From an uncultured virus (IMG/VR IMGVR_UViG_3300028920_000028) (taxonomy: Duplodnaviria > Heunggongvirae > Uroviricota > Caudoviricetes): a DNA stretch of 57,259 bases. Of the stretch, positions 17,979 through 26,876 are shown one piece after another. The notes under the pieces are model-generated. The model saw only the letters and a list, made by a program, of their open reading frames with translations, did no database searches and had not been told where the DNA came from. A program made the position numbers and the translations under genes. The DNA lies in the IMG/VR virus record IMGVR_UViG_3300028920_000028; one strand, written 5' to 3'. Numbering within the stretch: position 1 is the first letter of the stretch; every line of letters starts with the position of its first letter.

Positions 17979-19342
17979 GCGGCGCCCTCCAGCCTGTAGA
18001 CGTTGCCGGCCTTCAGGAAACCCTGCTCATCCGCCCATATCATGGACATGAGCGCTATGACATTGTCGGTCGGGGGGATCCTGCGGTCGCGCAGGCGCAC
18101 GCACACCTCCGACACGAGCTTGCCCCTGCGCCACACCTTGGTGTGCCATCGATCCTTGAACACCTGGTAGACATCGCCGCTTCGCCCCCTCACATTGACG
18201 AACCCGTACTTGACGTACTTGCGGAAGTTGTCCTCGGACACCATCTCCCGCAGGGTCTCCTGGGCGACTATCTCCCGGTCGGACTGCGACCTTTCGGGGA
18301 TCTTCCGGCCCCCGATGCGAATGACGAGATTCGCGCGAACGGTGCGCCTCACGACCTCCTTGACGTTCCCGGGGTCGTCTCCTCCGCAATCGAACCACAA
18401 CAGGTCATCGACATGCGCATCGGCCGGCACCGTCAGGACTCTACCAACAATCTCCCGCTTCACGTGGTCGACATTGTAGGAGGTAACGTAGGACACGGAA
18501 GGGGGCGCTGTCGACCGACGCCCCGACTCCGGACGGGGCACGCCTATCACCGCAGACTGTCCGCGCTGCGGTGGATACCGCAGGAGCGTGTCACGAGTCC
18601 TGTTCTCCATGGGCACCTCGGGTAGCTGCCCGTTCGAACCGGCAATCTCGTCGAACGGACGCCCCTCCTGTTCCTCCTGATAATAATTGTATCGGATCGC
18701 CTCAAGGGCGGAACCCCGAAACCTCCTGACGGTAACACCCGTGGCCTCGGCACAGTCATCCTCGTCCATGTCATCGCCGCGGTCATCGTCCAGCAACCCG
18801 CAGCTCACCCCCTCGGATCGGGCGAAATCCACACATCTCTCTGCCTCCTCGCGGGTTTCCTGGTCTTGCGGCCTTGACTGGGTGACGCGCGTGGGACACC
18901 CCTCGTCCCCTATGCGCGCCGGCATACCTTCGATATCGTCCACTGCCACCACAGGCTCGTCCGCCCGAGGCCGCAGGGCTATCGAACGCGATGTGTTCGG
19001 CCGCTCGAAGTTCGGCGATCGGGGCACGCAACTCGTGTTAAACCGCTGGAAACCGTCGTTCTCGCTGTCGCGGCAGACATGCTCATCGCTTTCGATATCG
19101 ATGTTGACGCGCGCATCCAGTTCCCGAACCTCGGCCCGGCTATTGTGTATCGCGGAGTACTCCTTGAGCCTGCTGTCCACATACTGCCCGAGGAGCCGTA
19201 TGCCCCGTGCATCCATCCTCTCGCCCACGAGGGACGACTCGTCCAGATCCCATGTGACCTTCTGGACGTATGTGTCACGAGGGTCGGGGGACGCGTGCCT
19301 CCTCCGAAACTCCCTGACCGCCTCCACGAGACTATCAGCCAT
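17975..19342 (-). CDS. Hypothetical protein with globular C-terminal domain
   Basis: 455 aa; disordered middle; C-terminal ETLREMVSE...GFVNVRGRSGDVYQV...CVRL..IPPTDNVIA. Confidence 0.7.
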   Translation of the reverse strand: MADSLVEAVREFRRRHASPDPRDTYVQKVTWDLDESSLVGERMDARGIRLLGQYVDSRLKEYSAIHNSRAEVRELDARVNIDIESDEHVCRDSENDGFQRFNTSCVPRSPNFERPNTSRSIALRPRADEPVVAVDDIEGMPARIGDEGCPTRVTQSRPQDQETREEAERCVDFARSEGVSCGLLDDDRGDDMDEDDCAEATGVTVRRFRGSALEAIRYNYYQEEQEGRPFDEIAGSNGQLPEVPMENRTRDTLLRYPPQRGQSAVIGVPRPESGRRSTAPPSVSYVTSYNVDHVKREIVGRVLTVPADAHVDDLLWFDCGGDDPGNVKEVVRRTVRANLVIRIGGRKIPERSQSDREIVAQETLREMVSEDNFRKYVKYGFVNVRGRSGDVYQVFKDRWHTKVWRRGKLVSEVCVRLRDRRIPPTDNVIALMSMIWADEQGFLKAGNVYRLEGAA

Positions 19343-19351
19343 TGTTGACCC

Positions 19352-20077
19352 CTAGTAAAAGTAGCACCCCGGACGGTAGCAGAAGTAGTCCTCCCAGTCA
19401 TCCTCCTCCTTGCGTATCCGCCGTCCCTCCAAATACAGGGCCGCGTCCAAGGAGGCGACCGTGAATGTCCCCTCAAAGTAGTGGTATATCCACTCAACCG
19501 CCTGCAGGCAGTCCATACGCAGGCACGTCTCCCCATAGAGGTCGAAGCGGTTGCCCTTGTACCCGCCAACCACCAAATGCCTCCGGAGGGCGACTATCAG
19601 ATTGTAGTCCACGCAAGCCTTCTGCGGACACGGCGCCGCGTAGCCAAGATGGTCAAGCATCATCCAGAGAAGAGTCTCCCGCTTGCGAAGCGGGTCGCCG
19701 CCGAACACATGGGTCAAGCAATCCCACCAGCGGGGATCGTGTATGGCCGTTTCGATAGCGCCGTCATCGGTGAAGCCCTTCAGGAATTCCAAGGTGCGGT
19801 CGCGCATTCGCCGGCGAACGTCTACCAGGTTCATCTCCTCGATGGGCTTTTTTCCAAGCGCGACGGCCGTCCAATCCTCCGAACTCGGGCCGGGCCACCT
19901 GACCTCGCCGTCTTCCTCCCAATAATTGAACTGCCCGCAGGCCATGACGGCGGCCCTTGTGATTACATCGCGGTCGGACATGTACGGGGTCAGTTCCAGC
20001 ACATCATACCACGGAAGCGGATTCGGTTCCCCAAGGGAACTCGCCAGACACTTGGCAAACTCGAAATTGACAGGCAT
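19352..20077 (-). CDS. Queuosine-salvage hydrolase (DUF2419/QNG1)-like protein
   Basis: Ordered motifs QFNYW, DPLRKRETL, VDYNLIVALRRHLVV, ETCLRMDCLQAVEWI, LDAALY resemble NF.FW, KRAQ, ADY.VP.VL, E.EIR, ID..LW. Confidence 0.55.
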   Translation of the reverse strand: MPVNFEFAKCLASSLGEPNPLPWYDVLELTPYMSDRDVITRAAVMACGQFNYWEEDGEVRWPGPSSEDWTAVALGKKPIEEMNLVDVRRRMRDRTLEFLKGFTDDGAIETAIHDPRWWDCLTHVFGGDPLRKRETLLWMMLDHLGYAAPCPQKACVDYNLIVALRRHLVVGGYKGNRFDLYGETCLRMDCLQAVEWIYHYFEGTFTVASLDAALYLEGRRIRKEEDDWEDYFCYRPGCYFY

Positions 20078-20078
20078 G

Positions 20079-20513
20079 TCACTTCCCCTGTGTTTCAGTT
20101 GCGACGCAGGATCCCCTCTCCGAGCGCGGCCTCCAAGCATGGAGCCCGGGCGTATCGACGCACGCGCGGCACGTGTAGGATTCAAGGTTCGGCTTCGGCC
20201 CCCGCGCGCACGTCTCGCACCGCCTTGGGATCGGCTCGAACATCTCGCAGTAGCCGTGCTCCCCGCACAGGTTCACCCGGCGCTCCCAATGCCCGTCGTA
20301 GTTGACAAACACGCAGCATAGGTAGAACCCGAGCGTCTCGGAACACGCGCAACTGTCGGGGCTCGGGGAGTGGCAGCAGTGCTTGAACGCCTCCATGCGG
20401 TTCTTGCACACGCAGCAGCACCCCTTCCAACGGGACTCCAGCTGACAGGGCATCGCGTCCCTGTATTCGAATTCGATCTGCTTGTACTCAGAGCCTTCCG
20501 GCGTTGTACTCAT
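20079..20513 (-). CDS. Cys-rich hypothetical protein
   Basis: Many Cys residues in 144 aa. Confidence 0.55.
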   Translation of the reverse strand: MSTTPEGSEYKQIEFEYRDAMPCQLESRWKGCCCVCKNRMEAFKHCCHSPSPDSCACSETLGFYLCCVFVNYDGHWERRVNLCGEHGYCEMFEPIPRRCETCARGPKPNLESYTCRACVDTPGLHAWRPRSERGSCVATETQGK

Positions 20514-21039
20514 CCCACCTCTCCTGCCAATGTTCGTCGGCCGCCTTCTGGCACTCCGGGCAGTAGGTGGCCCAGTTCCTGCGGTCGTCCGCGTACCGCG
20601 TCTTCTGCCTCCGGCGCTTCGCGTCCATCCGCAGGCACGGCCCCTCGAAACCCTGGCACCTCACCCCGTCCCTGACTTGATAATCGCACGGGCCGTCCTT
20701 CGTGCACACCATCGCCAAACGCCCGCAGTCGGGCGGGTGGGGGTGGGCGCAGTAGATGGCGTCGCCGTGGGCCGCCTTCAGCTCCGCTATCTCGCGCATC
20801 AGGTCGCCGACCTTGCGGTTGAGCACGTCCATCGAGGTGTCGGCGATGCGGGCATCCCTGCAGGCCGGCGGCAGGATCATGCCCCCCTCGTGTTCTATGA
20901 GATCCACACCCCACAACCGACACTTGGGCCTCGCCCCGTCGGCGCCCCTCTCCATATTGGGGCAGTCATCGGCGCAATGGACCTCGTCCTCGTCCCACCT
21001 GATCAGGACCGGGCGCCTCACATAAAAGGCCGGCATCAT
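20488..21039 (-). CDS. Cys-rich hypothetical protein
   Basis: Several Cys clusters and a central coiled coil. Confidence 0.6.
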   Translation of the reverse strand: MMPAFYVRRPVLIRWDEDEVHCADDCPNMERGADGARPKCRLWGVDLIEHEGGMILPPACRDARIADTSMDVLNRKVGDLMREIAELKAAHGDAIYCAHPHPPDCGRLAMVCTKDGPCDYQVRDGVRCQGFEGPCLRMDAKRRRQKTRYADDRRNWATYCPECQKAADEHWQERWDEYNAGRL

Positions 21040-21224
21040 TCCCCCCTCGGGCCCACCGGCAGACTGCACTCCTCCAGTTTGAGGCCGACGAAGTCCGCCT
21101 GGGAAAGCCCCGTCTTGACCTTGGTGGACAGGACCTTGCCCTCGAGGTTCCTGAGATAGGATCTCTCGAACTCCGACTCGGGGGTCAGCATGAGCACGCC
21201 TTTGCTATCGAGTATCGCTTCCAT
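21036..21224 (-). CDS. Hypothetical protein
   Basis: 62 aa, GGAGG RBS, ATGA overlap. Confidence 0.6.
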   Translation of the reverse strand: MEAILDSKGVLMLTPESEFERSYLRNLEGKVLSTKVKTGLSQADFVGLKLEECSLPVGPRGE

Positions 21225-21390
21225 CCTGCCTCCTCTTCCAGCGTCGAAGTTGCCTGTGGAACCACCTCATCAAAGTGCCGTGGTGGCCCAGGTTCGACTT
21301 CGGGTTGCTCGCGTTGTGGCCGCCGCAGGTGCAGTCCTTGTCGCTGCAGTCCTCAGGGTGCCTCGGGCTTTCGAACTTGTTTCTTCCCAT
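21205..21390 (-). CDS. Hypothetical protein
   Basis: 61 aa, collinear with neighbours. Confidence 0.45.
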   Translation of the reverse strand: MGRNKFESPRHPEDCSDKDCTCGGHNASNPKSNLGHHGTLMRWFHRQLRRWKRRQDGSDTR

Positions 21391-21405
21391 GCCCCCACCC
21401 CAGGT

Positions 21406-22065
21406 CTACCCGTCCATCGCCGACTTCACGGACTCCCATTTGGCCCGCACGTCATCGTGCACTGACCCGGGCACTTCCAGCGCCAAACAGTGCACGGCCT
21501 TGTCCATCTCCCTGACGGCGCCGCGGAGCCTTGCGTCGCGACCCTCCGCCATGACGCCGTGCTCCCGCTCCAAAAGGCCCTCAAGCGACCTCTTGAGATC
21601 CCCGAGACAATGCCCCACCTCCTCCGCCTTCCCTTGGATGGCCATCAGCGACTTGGCGCCCTCGGAGTGCTTGCTCCCCAGGGTCAGCATGCACCCGATC
21701 CTTCGGCCCCCGCGGCCCTTGGCGCTGACCGCGAGGACCACGCCGGGCGGGATCTTCAAGGAGGGGATCACCAGCGCCTTCCACACCGTGCCCACGATGC
21801 CCTGCCTCAGCATGTCGGCGTCCGTGCTCCTCACAAACACGGACGTGTCGAACTTTCGCATCTCCGAATAGGCCACCTTCGATATCAGAACCGCCCCGAC
21901 ATCGGCGTCGAGTTTCTCGATCTCGACAAACACCCTCCGGAGGGCGCCCTCGGACAGCTTGTGGGTCGGCATCTTGAAGTCGCCGACGATCTCGATGCCC
22001 GAGAGGGAATCCTCGAACGACGCGCCGCCCTCCAGCATCTTCAGATAAGAGTCATCCCTCATCAC
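21406..22065 (-). CDS. Protein resembling a fragment of an HK97-fold major capsid protein
   Basis: ...AVLISKVAYSEMRKF...LRQGIVGTVWKALVIPSLKIPPGVVLAV resembles the capsid A-domain pattern. Confidence 0.45.
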   Translation of the reverse strand: MMRDDSYLKMLEGGASFEDSLSGIEIVGDFKMPTHKLSEGALRRVFVEIEKLDADVGAVLISKVAYSEMRKFDTSVFVRSTDADMLRQGIVGTVWKALVIPSLKIPPGVVLAVSAKGRGGRRIGCMLTLGSKHSEGAKSLMAIQGKAEEVGHCLGDLKRSLEGLLEREHGVMAEGRDARLRGAVREMDKAVHCLALEVPGSVHDDVRAKWESVKSAMDG

Positions 22066-22741
22066 CGGAGTCCCCCCTCCCCATCATGGACTTGAGTGTC
22101 CGCCACTTCTCCCTCAACGCGAACGCCGCCTTCTCCGCGTGGGAGAGGTAGATGGCGGTCACCTCCTCGGGCATCGCCTCGACGGCCTCGTCCACCTCCT
22201 TGAAGGCCCTTTCGAACAGATCCGCCGGGTCCGGCCCCTCAATGGGGGCCGCGCCTTTGTACCTCTCTTGGTATCTCTGTATGAGCTCCTCGACCCTCTT
22301 CTCCGAGAACTCCACCCCCGCCCACTCCTCGAGGGCGTGGACCACCTCGTGCATGAGGACCTCCGCCACGATGTACGGGATGTCAGCCGGCTCGATGTCC
22401 TTCTCCGCCACCGCGGCCATGAGCGCGCCGAGGTTCAGGACGACGTGGGCGTGCCCCTCGTGATCCACCGATCCATCCATGAACGCCGCAAAACCCGGTA
22501 TCCAGTCCTGCTGGAAGACCTCGATCTTGAGATGGTCGGTCAGTTCCGACCGATCCTCCGCCATTGCGACTCCTTCCTCGACTTCCCTGCGGGCCTGCTG
22601 CCTCGCCCGCTTCTTGTTGCCGTCGTGGAACTCAGCCTCCCACCAGTTAACTCGACCTCTCTGCGGGTGGTTGTCGGGGAGGTTGCCCGGGTGCTGCCGC
22701 TGCCTTCCGTATCTCTGCACTTTCTTCGCCCCCTGTGCCAT
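22052..22741 (-). CDS. HExxH zincin-like hypothetical protein
   Basis: VLMHEVVHALEE; alternative start at 22564. Confidence 0.55.
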   Translation of the reverse strand: MAQGAKKVQRYGRQRQHPGNLPDNHPQRGRVNWWEAEFHDGNKKRARQQARREVEEGVAMAEDRSELTDHLKIEVFQQDWIPGFAAFMDGSVDHEGHAHVVLNLGALMAAVAEKDIEPADIPYIVAEVLMHEVVHALEEWAGVEFSEKRVEELIQRYQERYKGAAPIEGPDPADLFERAFKEVDEAVEAMPEEVTAIYLSHAEKAAFALREKWRTLKSMMGRGDSGDEG

Positions 22742-22859
22742 CCTGTCGCGGCGTATCTGCGCTTCTCTGCGGCCGTGGCGCGGCGCCCCGGAAGCACCAT
22801 CTCGCCGCACGCGCACATCTGGACATCGTCCGCGCTGCCGGCGGGACACACGGCGCATT

Positions 22860-23156
22860 CTACCCGGGCTTCACGGGCTTCCCGCACATCGGGCAGTAGT
22901 TGAACATGATGACCGCCTTCTTCCATGCCTTCGACTCGCTGCCGTCCTTCCGCCTCGGATGGTATCTGAAGCGTATCGGCTCCGGCACCTCGTCGATCAT
23001 GTTCAGCTTCTGGTTGAAGCCGAAGCCCGTGTTCGTGAGCTCCGCGCTCTCCCCGTACTCCTCCTTGAGCTTCGCCTTCAACTTCGACATGCAGTCGCAG
23101 TTCACACGCACCCCCTCAGAATAGCATCGACGCCAGGTCATGGACGAGCAGGACAC
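22860..23156 (-). CDS. Small Zn-binding phage protein
   Basis: N-terminal CDC and C-terminal FNYCPMCGK. Confidence 0.6.
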   Translation of the reverse strand: MSCSSMTWRRCYSEGVRVNCDCMSKLKAKLKEEYGESAELTNTGFGFNQKLNMIDEVPEPIRFRYHPRRKDGSESKAWKKAVIMFNYCPMCGKPVKPG

Positions 23157-23397
23157 CCAGGACTATGCCGATGTACGCCGCGGCCGACAGCAGCGCCCTT
23201 AGAAGCACCCTCACGCCCGCCGGCAACCCGCCCCCGGTGGAAAACAACACGATGCTCGTCTCCTGATGCATGGGGGGCGCCCTCCGAAAAAGGGGGGCCG
23301 GGCGACGTGCGGGGAACCCCGCGGGGACCCCGCCTGAGGCCCAATCACCACACACACGTGGGTCGCCCGACCCCGGATGCCTATTTCCTGTCCGATC

Positions 23398-24303
23398 CTA
23401 CCACCTATATATCGCGTTTCTGTCCTGCCCCTCCCGCATCACCGTCACGAGGCTCTTGAGGTCGAAGTTCGAGTCGCCGCCCTCGAGGCAGATGCCCGCG
23501 CTCAACACGGTGTGCGCGCTGTCCTTGGCGACGATGCTCGTGTACTGCTCCCCGTCGACCTCGTAGGTCACCTCGTACTGGGTGGCCTTCTCCCGGAATC
23601 CGAGGAAGACGCCCCCGGCGTGCTCCACGTCGGCGCGTATCCCGCGCTCCGACCGCGACCTCAACTCCTCCTGCCTGCGCCTGCGCTCCGCGGATCTCAT
23701 CCGCCGCATGCGCTCCCTGGCCTCGCGGTCGAGGGCCATCCGCATCGCGTAGACAGCCCGCTCCTCGAAGGTCAGGCCGGGATACCTGATGTAGGCGGCT
23801 TCTATCGGCTTCGCGAACATCTCGCGGAGGTAGACCGCCTTGGACGGGTCGTTGGACGCGTCCAGGCGCTCATACCACAGGTTGGCCCCGTCGTGGCGGC
23901 ACACGACCCTGTCGAAGTCGTCCACCATGTCGTCCGTGAGGAACACGGGGTGCAGTCGCCCCCACTCCAGCCCGCGCGCGTTGCCCTTCATGGGGATGCC
24001 GTGGTACACGCCGTCGATGCGCAGCGCCACCGTCACCATCAGCTTCGGGAGTCTCGCGAGATACCCGTCGATCTCCTCGATGTCGGCGTCGCCGACCATC
24101 TCGGCCGTCTTGAACCCGGAGGCCTTGAACCGGTACCAGCCCGGCCTCTCCGGCCTCCCTATCGAAAGGGGGTGGCTGATCCGCCCGATCCAGGCCCTCA
24201 CCTCCGTGGCGTCAACGACCGGGGCCACGAAGGTGCCGCCGACGAAGTCGCTTTCGGACTTGCCCAGCTTGGATATGGCGCCAAGGATGCCATCCACGCT
24301 CAA
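23398..24303 (-). CDS. Uncharacterised protein of the Ubl-TROVE operon with C-terminal GICL motif
   Basis: 301 aa; coiled coil followed by VLSAGICLEGGDSNFDLKSLV. Confidence 0.8.
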   Translation of the reverse strand: MSVDGILGAISKLGKSESDFVGGTFVAPVVDATEVRAWIGRISHPLSIGRPERPGWYRFKASGFKTAEMVGDADIEEIDGYLARLPKLMVTVALRIDGVYHGIPMKGNARGLEWGRLHPVFLTDDMVDDFDRVVCRHDGANLWYERLDASNDPSKAVYLREMFAKPIEAAYIRYPGLTFEERAVYAMRMALDREARERMRRMRSAERRRRQEELRSRSERGIRADVEHAGGVFLGFREKATQYEVTYEVDGEQYTSIVAKDSAHTVLSAGICLEGGDSNFDLKSLVTVMREGQDRNAIYRW

Positions 24304-24545
24304 CCTCCGGCTCCTGAATCGATCTTGCCCACGCCCCCGTCCAAGGGGGCGCCCCGCAGGTCGAGCGGCCTACGAGGCCCCGCAGGGGCCGTGGAAGGGG
24401 CGGGGGGGACGGCCATGGACTCCACGACCGGCCCCCACTTCTCCACGAACCGCAGGACGTCAAGGGCCAAGAGGGAATCCTCCCCCTTGGCCCTCCTCCC
24501 CAAGGCGTCCAGCTCACGAGCGAGCGTGGCGAAGTCCTGCAACAT
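24300..24545 (-). CDS. Hypothetical protein
   Basis: 81 aa; fills the gap within the operon. Confidence 0.5.
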   Translation of the reverse strand: MLQDFATLARELDALGRRAKGEDSLLALDVLRFVEKWGPVVESMAVPPAPSTAPAGPRRPLDLRGAPLDGGVGKIDSGAGG

Positions 24546-24553
24546 GCCGCCCC

Positions 24554-26128
24554 CTATTTGAGCGGGCGCCGCCGCCTGAGCGGCTCGTCCATGATTTCAA
24601 ACACGAGGTCGAGCCTGCTCTTCCTCGCCAGCAGCTGCACGATCCCCGGGAGGCCGTAGTAATCCCCGTCCTCCGGCTCGTAGCGGTCGTACTCGATCCC
24701 CGCCCCCGTAAGCGAGTCCGACAGGTTGCGGTACTGCCGCCTGCCGACCCGTATGATGACCACGTGCGGGGCGACGCCCGTCTCGCGCTCATAGACGCGG
24801 TAGACCTGCGCGAAGCTCGGCGAGCAGTTCTCGCCCTCGTCGGTGACGAAGACGATCTGCTCCGCCACGAATCCCTTGTGCATCAGATAGCGCAGGGCGC
24901 AGCCCATGGACGTCTGGCTGTGGGGCCGGACGGGCATGAACGCGCGCTCCCAGTCGGACATCTCCCTGCCCTCCGACTCGACCTCCAGGGGCTGGTCGTT
25001 GAAAGCCACGACCTTGAGATCCGCCTCCGTCGCGCCGGACACGATTGCGGCCAGGCGCTTGCCGACCTCAATCGCCTCGTACATGCTGCCCGACCTGTCC
25101 ACGAATATCGCCGTGGGCAGCGTGATGGAGCCTTGGCGCTTGATCTGCTTGTCGGCGACCTTGTCCAGCTTCTTGGCCGTCTCGGCGTCCTTGACCCTGC
25201 CGGTGGCGACCGCGGTCTTGGACTTCAGCGCCGAGACGCCCTTGGCCGTCTGGGCCTTCTTCAGCTTCTTGTCGACGACGGCCTTGATCTCGGGCACGTC
25301 CATGGCGCCGCGCTCCTCCAGGGAGGCGATGTTGTTGATCACCTCCTGCGGCGACATGTTGTTCGCGAGGGCCGCGAGTATGCTCGGGGTCACCTTCTCC
25401 ACGAGCCCGACGGCCACCGTGTACGGGATCTTGTGCTCGACGATGAGCCTCGCGGCCTCCTCGGGCGTCGGGGCCTCCTGGATCCGCTTGGTGACCTCCA
25501 GCTTGCTGTCGGACGGCCGGTCGCCCTCGAACAGTATCTTCTGAGCCCTGTCGCCCGGCTTGATCTGCAGGCCCTTCACCCTGTACAGGTTCTTCAAGTC
25601 GAAGAACGACCGGACGGCCATGGCGTCGAACACCTTCGGCTTGCCCTCGAGCCACCGCAGGTACTGCGTGACCTCCCTCTTCAAACACCCGGGGACGTTC
25701 GTGTGCAGCCCGGCGTCCACCTCGGAGACGCGCACCTTCTCGATTGACTTGCCGCGGCGCACCATCTTCTCGCCGGTCTTGGTGCGCACCTTGACCTTCT
25801 TGCCCTTGATGAACCCGACGACCTTGTTCTTCATGAACAGGGGCATGTCCCGGAACAGGGCCAGCCCCACCTCGCGGTTCTCGAGGTACGGGTCGGTCAG
25901 GAGCATGGCCGTGAACACCTCCTTGTGGTCGCGGATGCCGGAGCCCGCGCGGTCGTACCAGCACGCGAGGTGCGCGTAGAAGAGGGGATCCTGCTCGCGG
26001 ACGTTGCCGTGTATCTCCTTGATCTTGTCGGTGTCCCGGTGGGGGCAGCTCATGAACGCGTTCAGCAGCGCGAGCCTGTTGTCCGCCTGGGCCTCCTCCG
26101 GCTGCCCCGCGGCCGCATTCCTGTTCAT
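24554..26128 (-). CDS. Ro60/TROVE-like protein with C-terminal vWA domain
   Basis: Helical N-terminal region (DPLFYAHLACWY, LIVEHKIPY, MSPQEVINNIASL); vWA MIDAS FVDRSGSM, T (QTSM), VTDEGEN. Confidence 0.8.
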   Translation of the reverse strand: MNRNAAAGQPEEAQADNRLALLNAFMSCPHRDTDKIKEIHGNVREQDPLFYAHLACWYDRAGSGIRDHKEVFTAMLLTDPYLENREVGLALFRDMPLFMKNKVVGFIKGKKVKVRTKTGEKMVRRGKSIEKVRVSEVDAGLHTNVPGCLKREVTQYLRWLEGKPKVFDAMAVRSFFDLKNLYRVKGLQIKPGDRAQKILFEGDRPSDSKLEVTKRIQEAPTPEEAARLIVEHKIPYTVAVGLVEKVTPSILAALANNMSPQEVINNIASLEERGAMDVPEIKAVVDKKLKKAQTAKGVSALKSKTAVATGRVKDAETAKKLDKVADKQIKRQGSITLPTAIFVDRSGSMYEAIEVGKRLAAIVSGATEADLKVVAFNDQPLEVESEGREMSDWERAFMPVRPHSQTSMGCALRYLMHKGFVAEQIVFVTDEGENCSPSFAQVYRVYERETGVAPHVVIIRVGRRQYRNLSDSLTGAGIEYDRYEPEDGDYYGLPGIVQLLARKSRLDLVFEIMDEPLRRRRPLK

Positions 26129-26181
26129 CTGGATCTCCGCTGTTGGTGTGGGGCGCGCCTGTCGGCGGCGCGCCGGGTGCC

Positions 26182-26258
26182 GCGGGGATGTTCCCGAACG
26201 GGAACATCCCCGCCCCGTTGCCTTGAAACCTCAACCGATGTTCCCGACCGGGAACATC
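26182..26258. repeat. Twin palindromes GATGTTCCCGANCGGGAACATC, 50 bp apart
   Basis: Copies at 26187-26208 (extends to a 14-bp stem, 26182-26213) and 26237-26258 differ by one base. Confidence 0.9.
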
Positions 26259-26514
26259 AGCCGAACACGGCCTGCGGCCGGACGGTGACGTTTCCGGTCG
26301 GGCCGACATCGACGTGCATCTCCTGGAACTCCGAGAGCGGCCGGTCATAGTAGATGGCCAGCGCCATGTGGATCTGCGCCGGCGTCACATTCTGCGGAGT
26401 CGGCTTAGTGCCAGACGGGATGCCGATGGTGTTGTAGTCCGACGGCTGGAACAGATCCTCGAACTCGATGTCCTCCGAACGACCCTCGTACTTCACGTGC
26501 ACCATGTTGGACAT
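26257..26514 (-). CDS. Ubiquitin-like (beta-grasp) protein ending in Gly
   Basis: 85 aa: beta-hairpin VHVKYEGRSEDIEF, helix PAQIHMALAIYY, terminal strand NVTVRPQAVFG-COOH; AAGGAGG RBS. Confidence 0.7.
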   Translation of the reverse strand: MSNMVHVKYEGRSEDIEFEDLFQPSDYNTIGIPSGTKPTPQNVTPAQIHMALAIYYDRPLSEFQEMHVDVGPTGNVTVRPQAVFG

Positions 26515-26563
26515 GACGCCCTCCTTTCGAGCCGCGTTGTCGGTGCGGCGCCCCGTTGGATGG

Positions 26564-26592
26564 AATATACTTTTGCCGAACCCTTTTGTATA
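26564..26592 (-). promoter_or_regulatory. sigma70-like promoter TATACA-N17-TATATT
   Basis: 50 nt upstream of the Ubl start. Confidence 0.65.
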
Positions 26593-26630
26593 CCGAAAAT
26601 CTCAACTTTTTTACACGGCCCGGACGCAGA

Positions 26631-26661
26631 AAGGGCCGGGAAACTGGGTTCCCCGGCCCTT
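26631..26661 (-). terminator. GC-rich hairpin, probable end of the ncRNA transcript
   Basis: AAGGGCCGGG/CCCGGCCCTT stem followed by a short U-rich run. Confidence 0.6.
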
Positions 26662-26694
26662 GCACAGACGCCCTACCAAGATGTCATAAAAGAA

Positions 26695-26870
26695 GGCTCT
26701 TCGGTATCAATCCCCGCCCGAGTCTCGGATGCGTGTGCCCCGCCTTCCCTTAATCGGGTTGGCAGGGCGTTCGTCCCGACAGGCACTCATGGCCTGCCGG
26801 AACTGTCTTATCACTGTCCATGATAGATGTACGCCCCCGCATAGAGGACAGAGACTGATATCAAAGAGCC
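26695..26870 (-). ncRNA. Structured RNA module 2 (Y-RNA-like), 176 nt
   Basis: 26846-26870 pairs with 26695-26719 (24 of 25 positions, counting GU); encloses GGGGCGUACAU and three hairpins. Confidence 0.7.
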
Positions 26871-26876
26871 GTCTCC

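Noticed and set aside
23270..23390. GC-rich intergenic segment sharing GAAAAAGGGGGGCC with 29247-29260
   Set aside because: Most simply the stem and U-tract of minus-strand terminators; no further shared structure found
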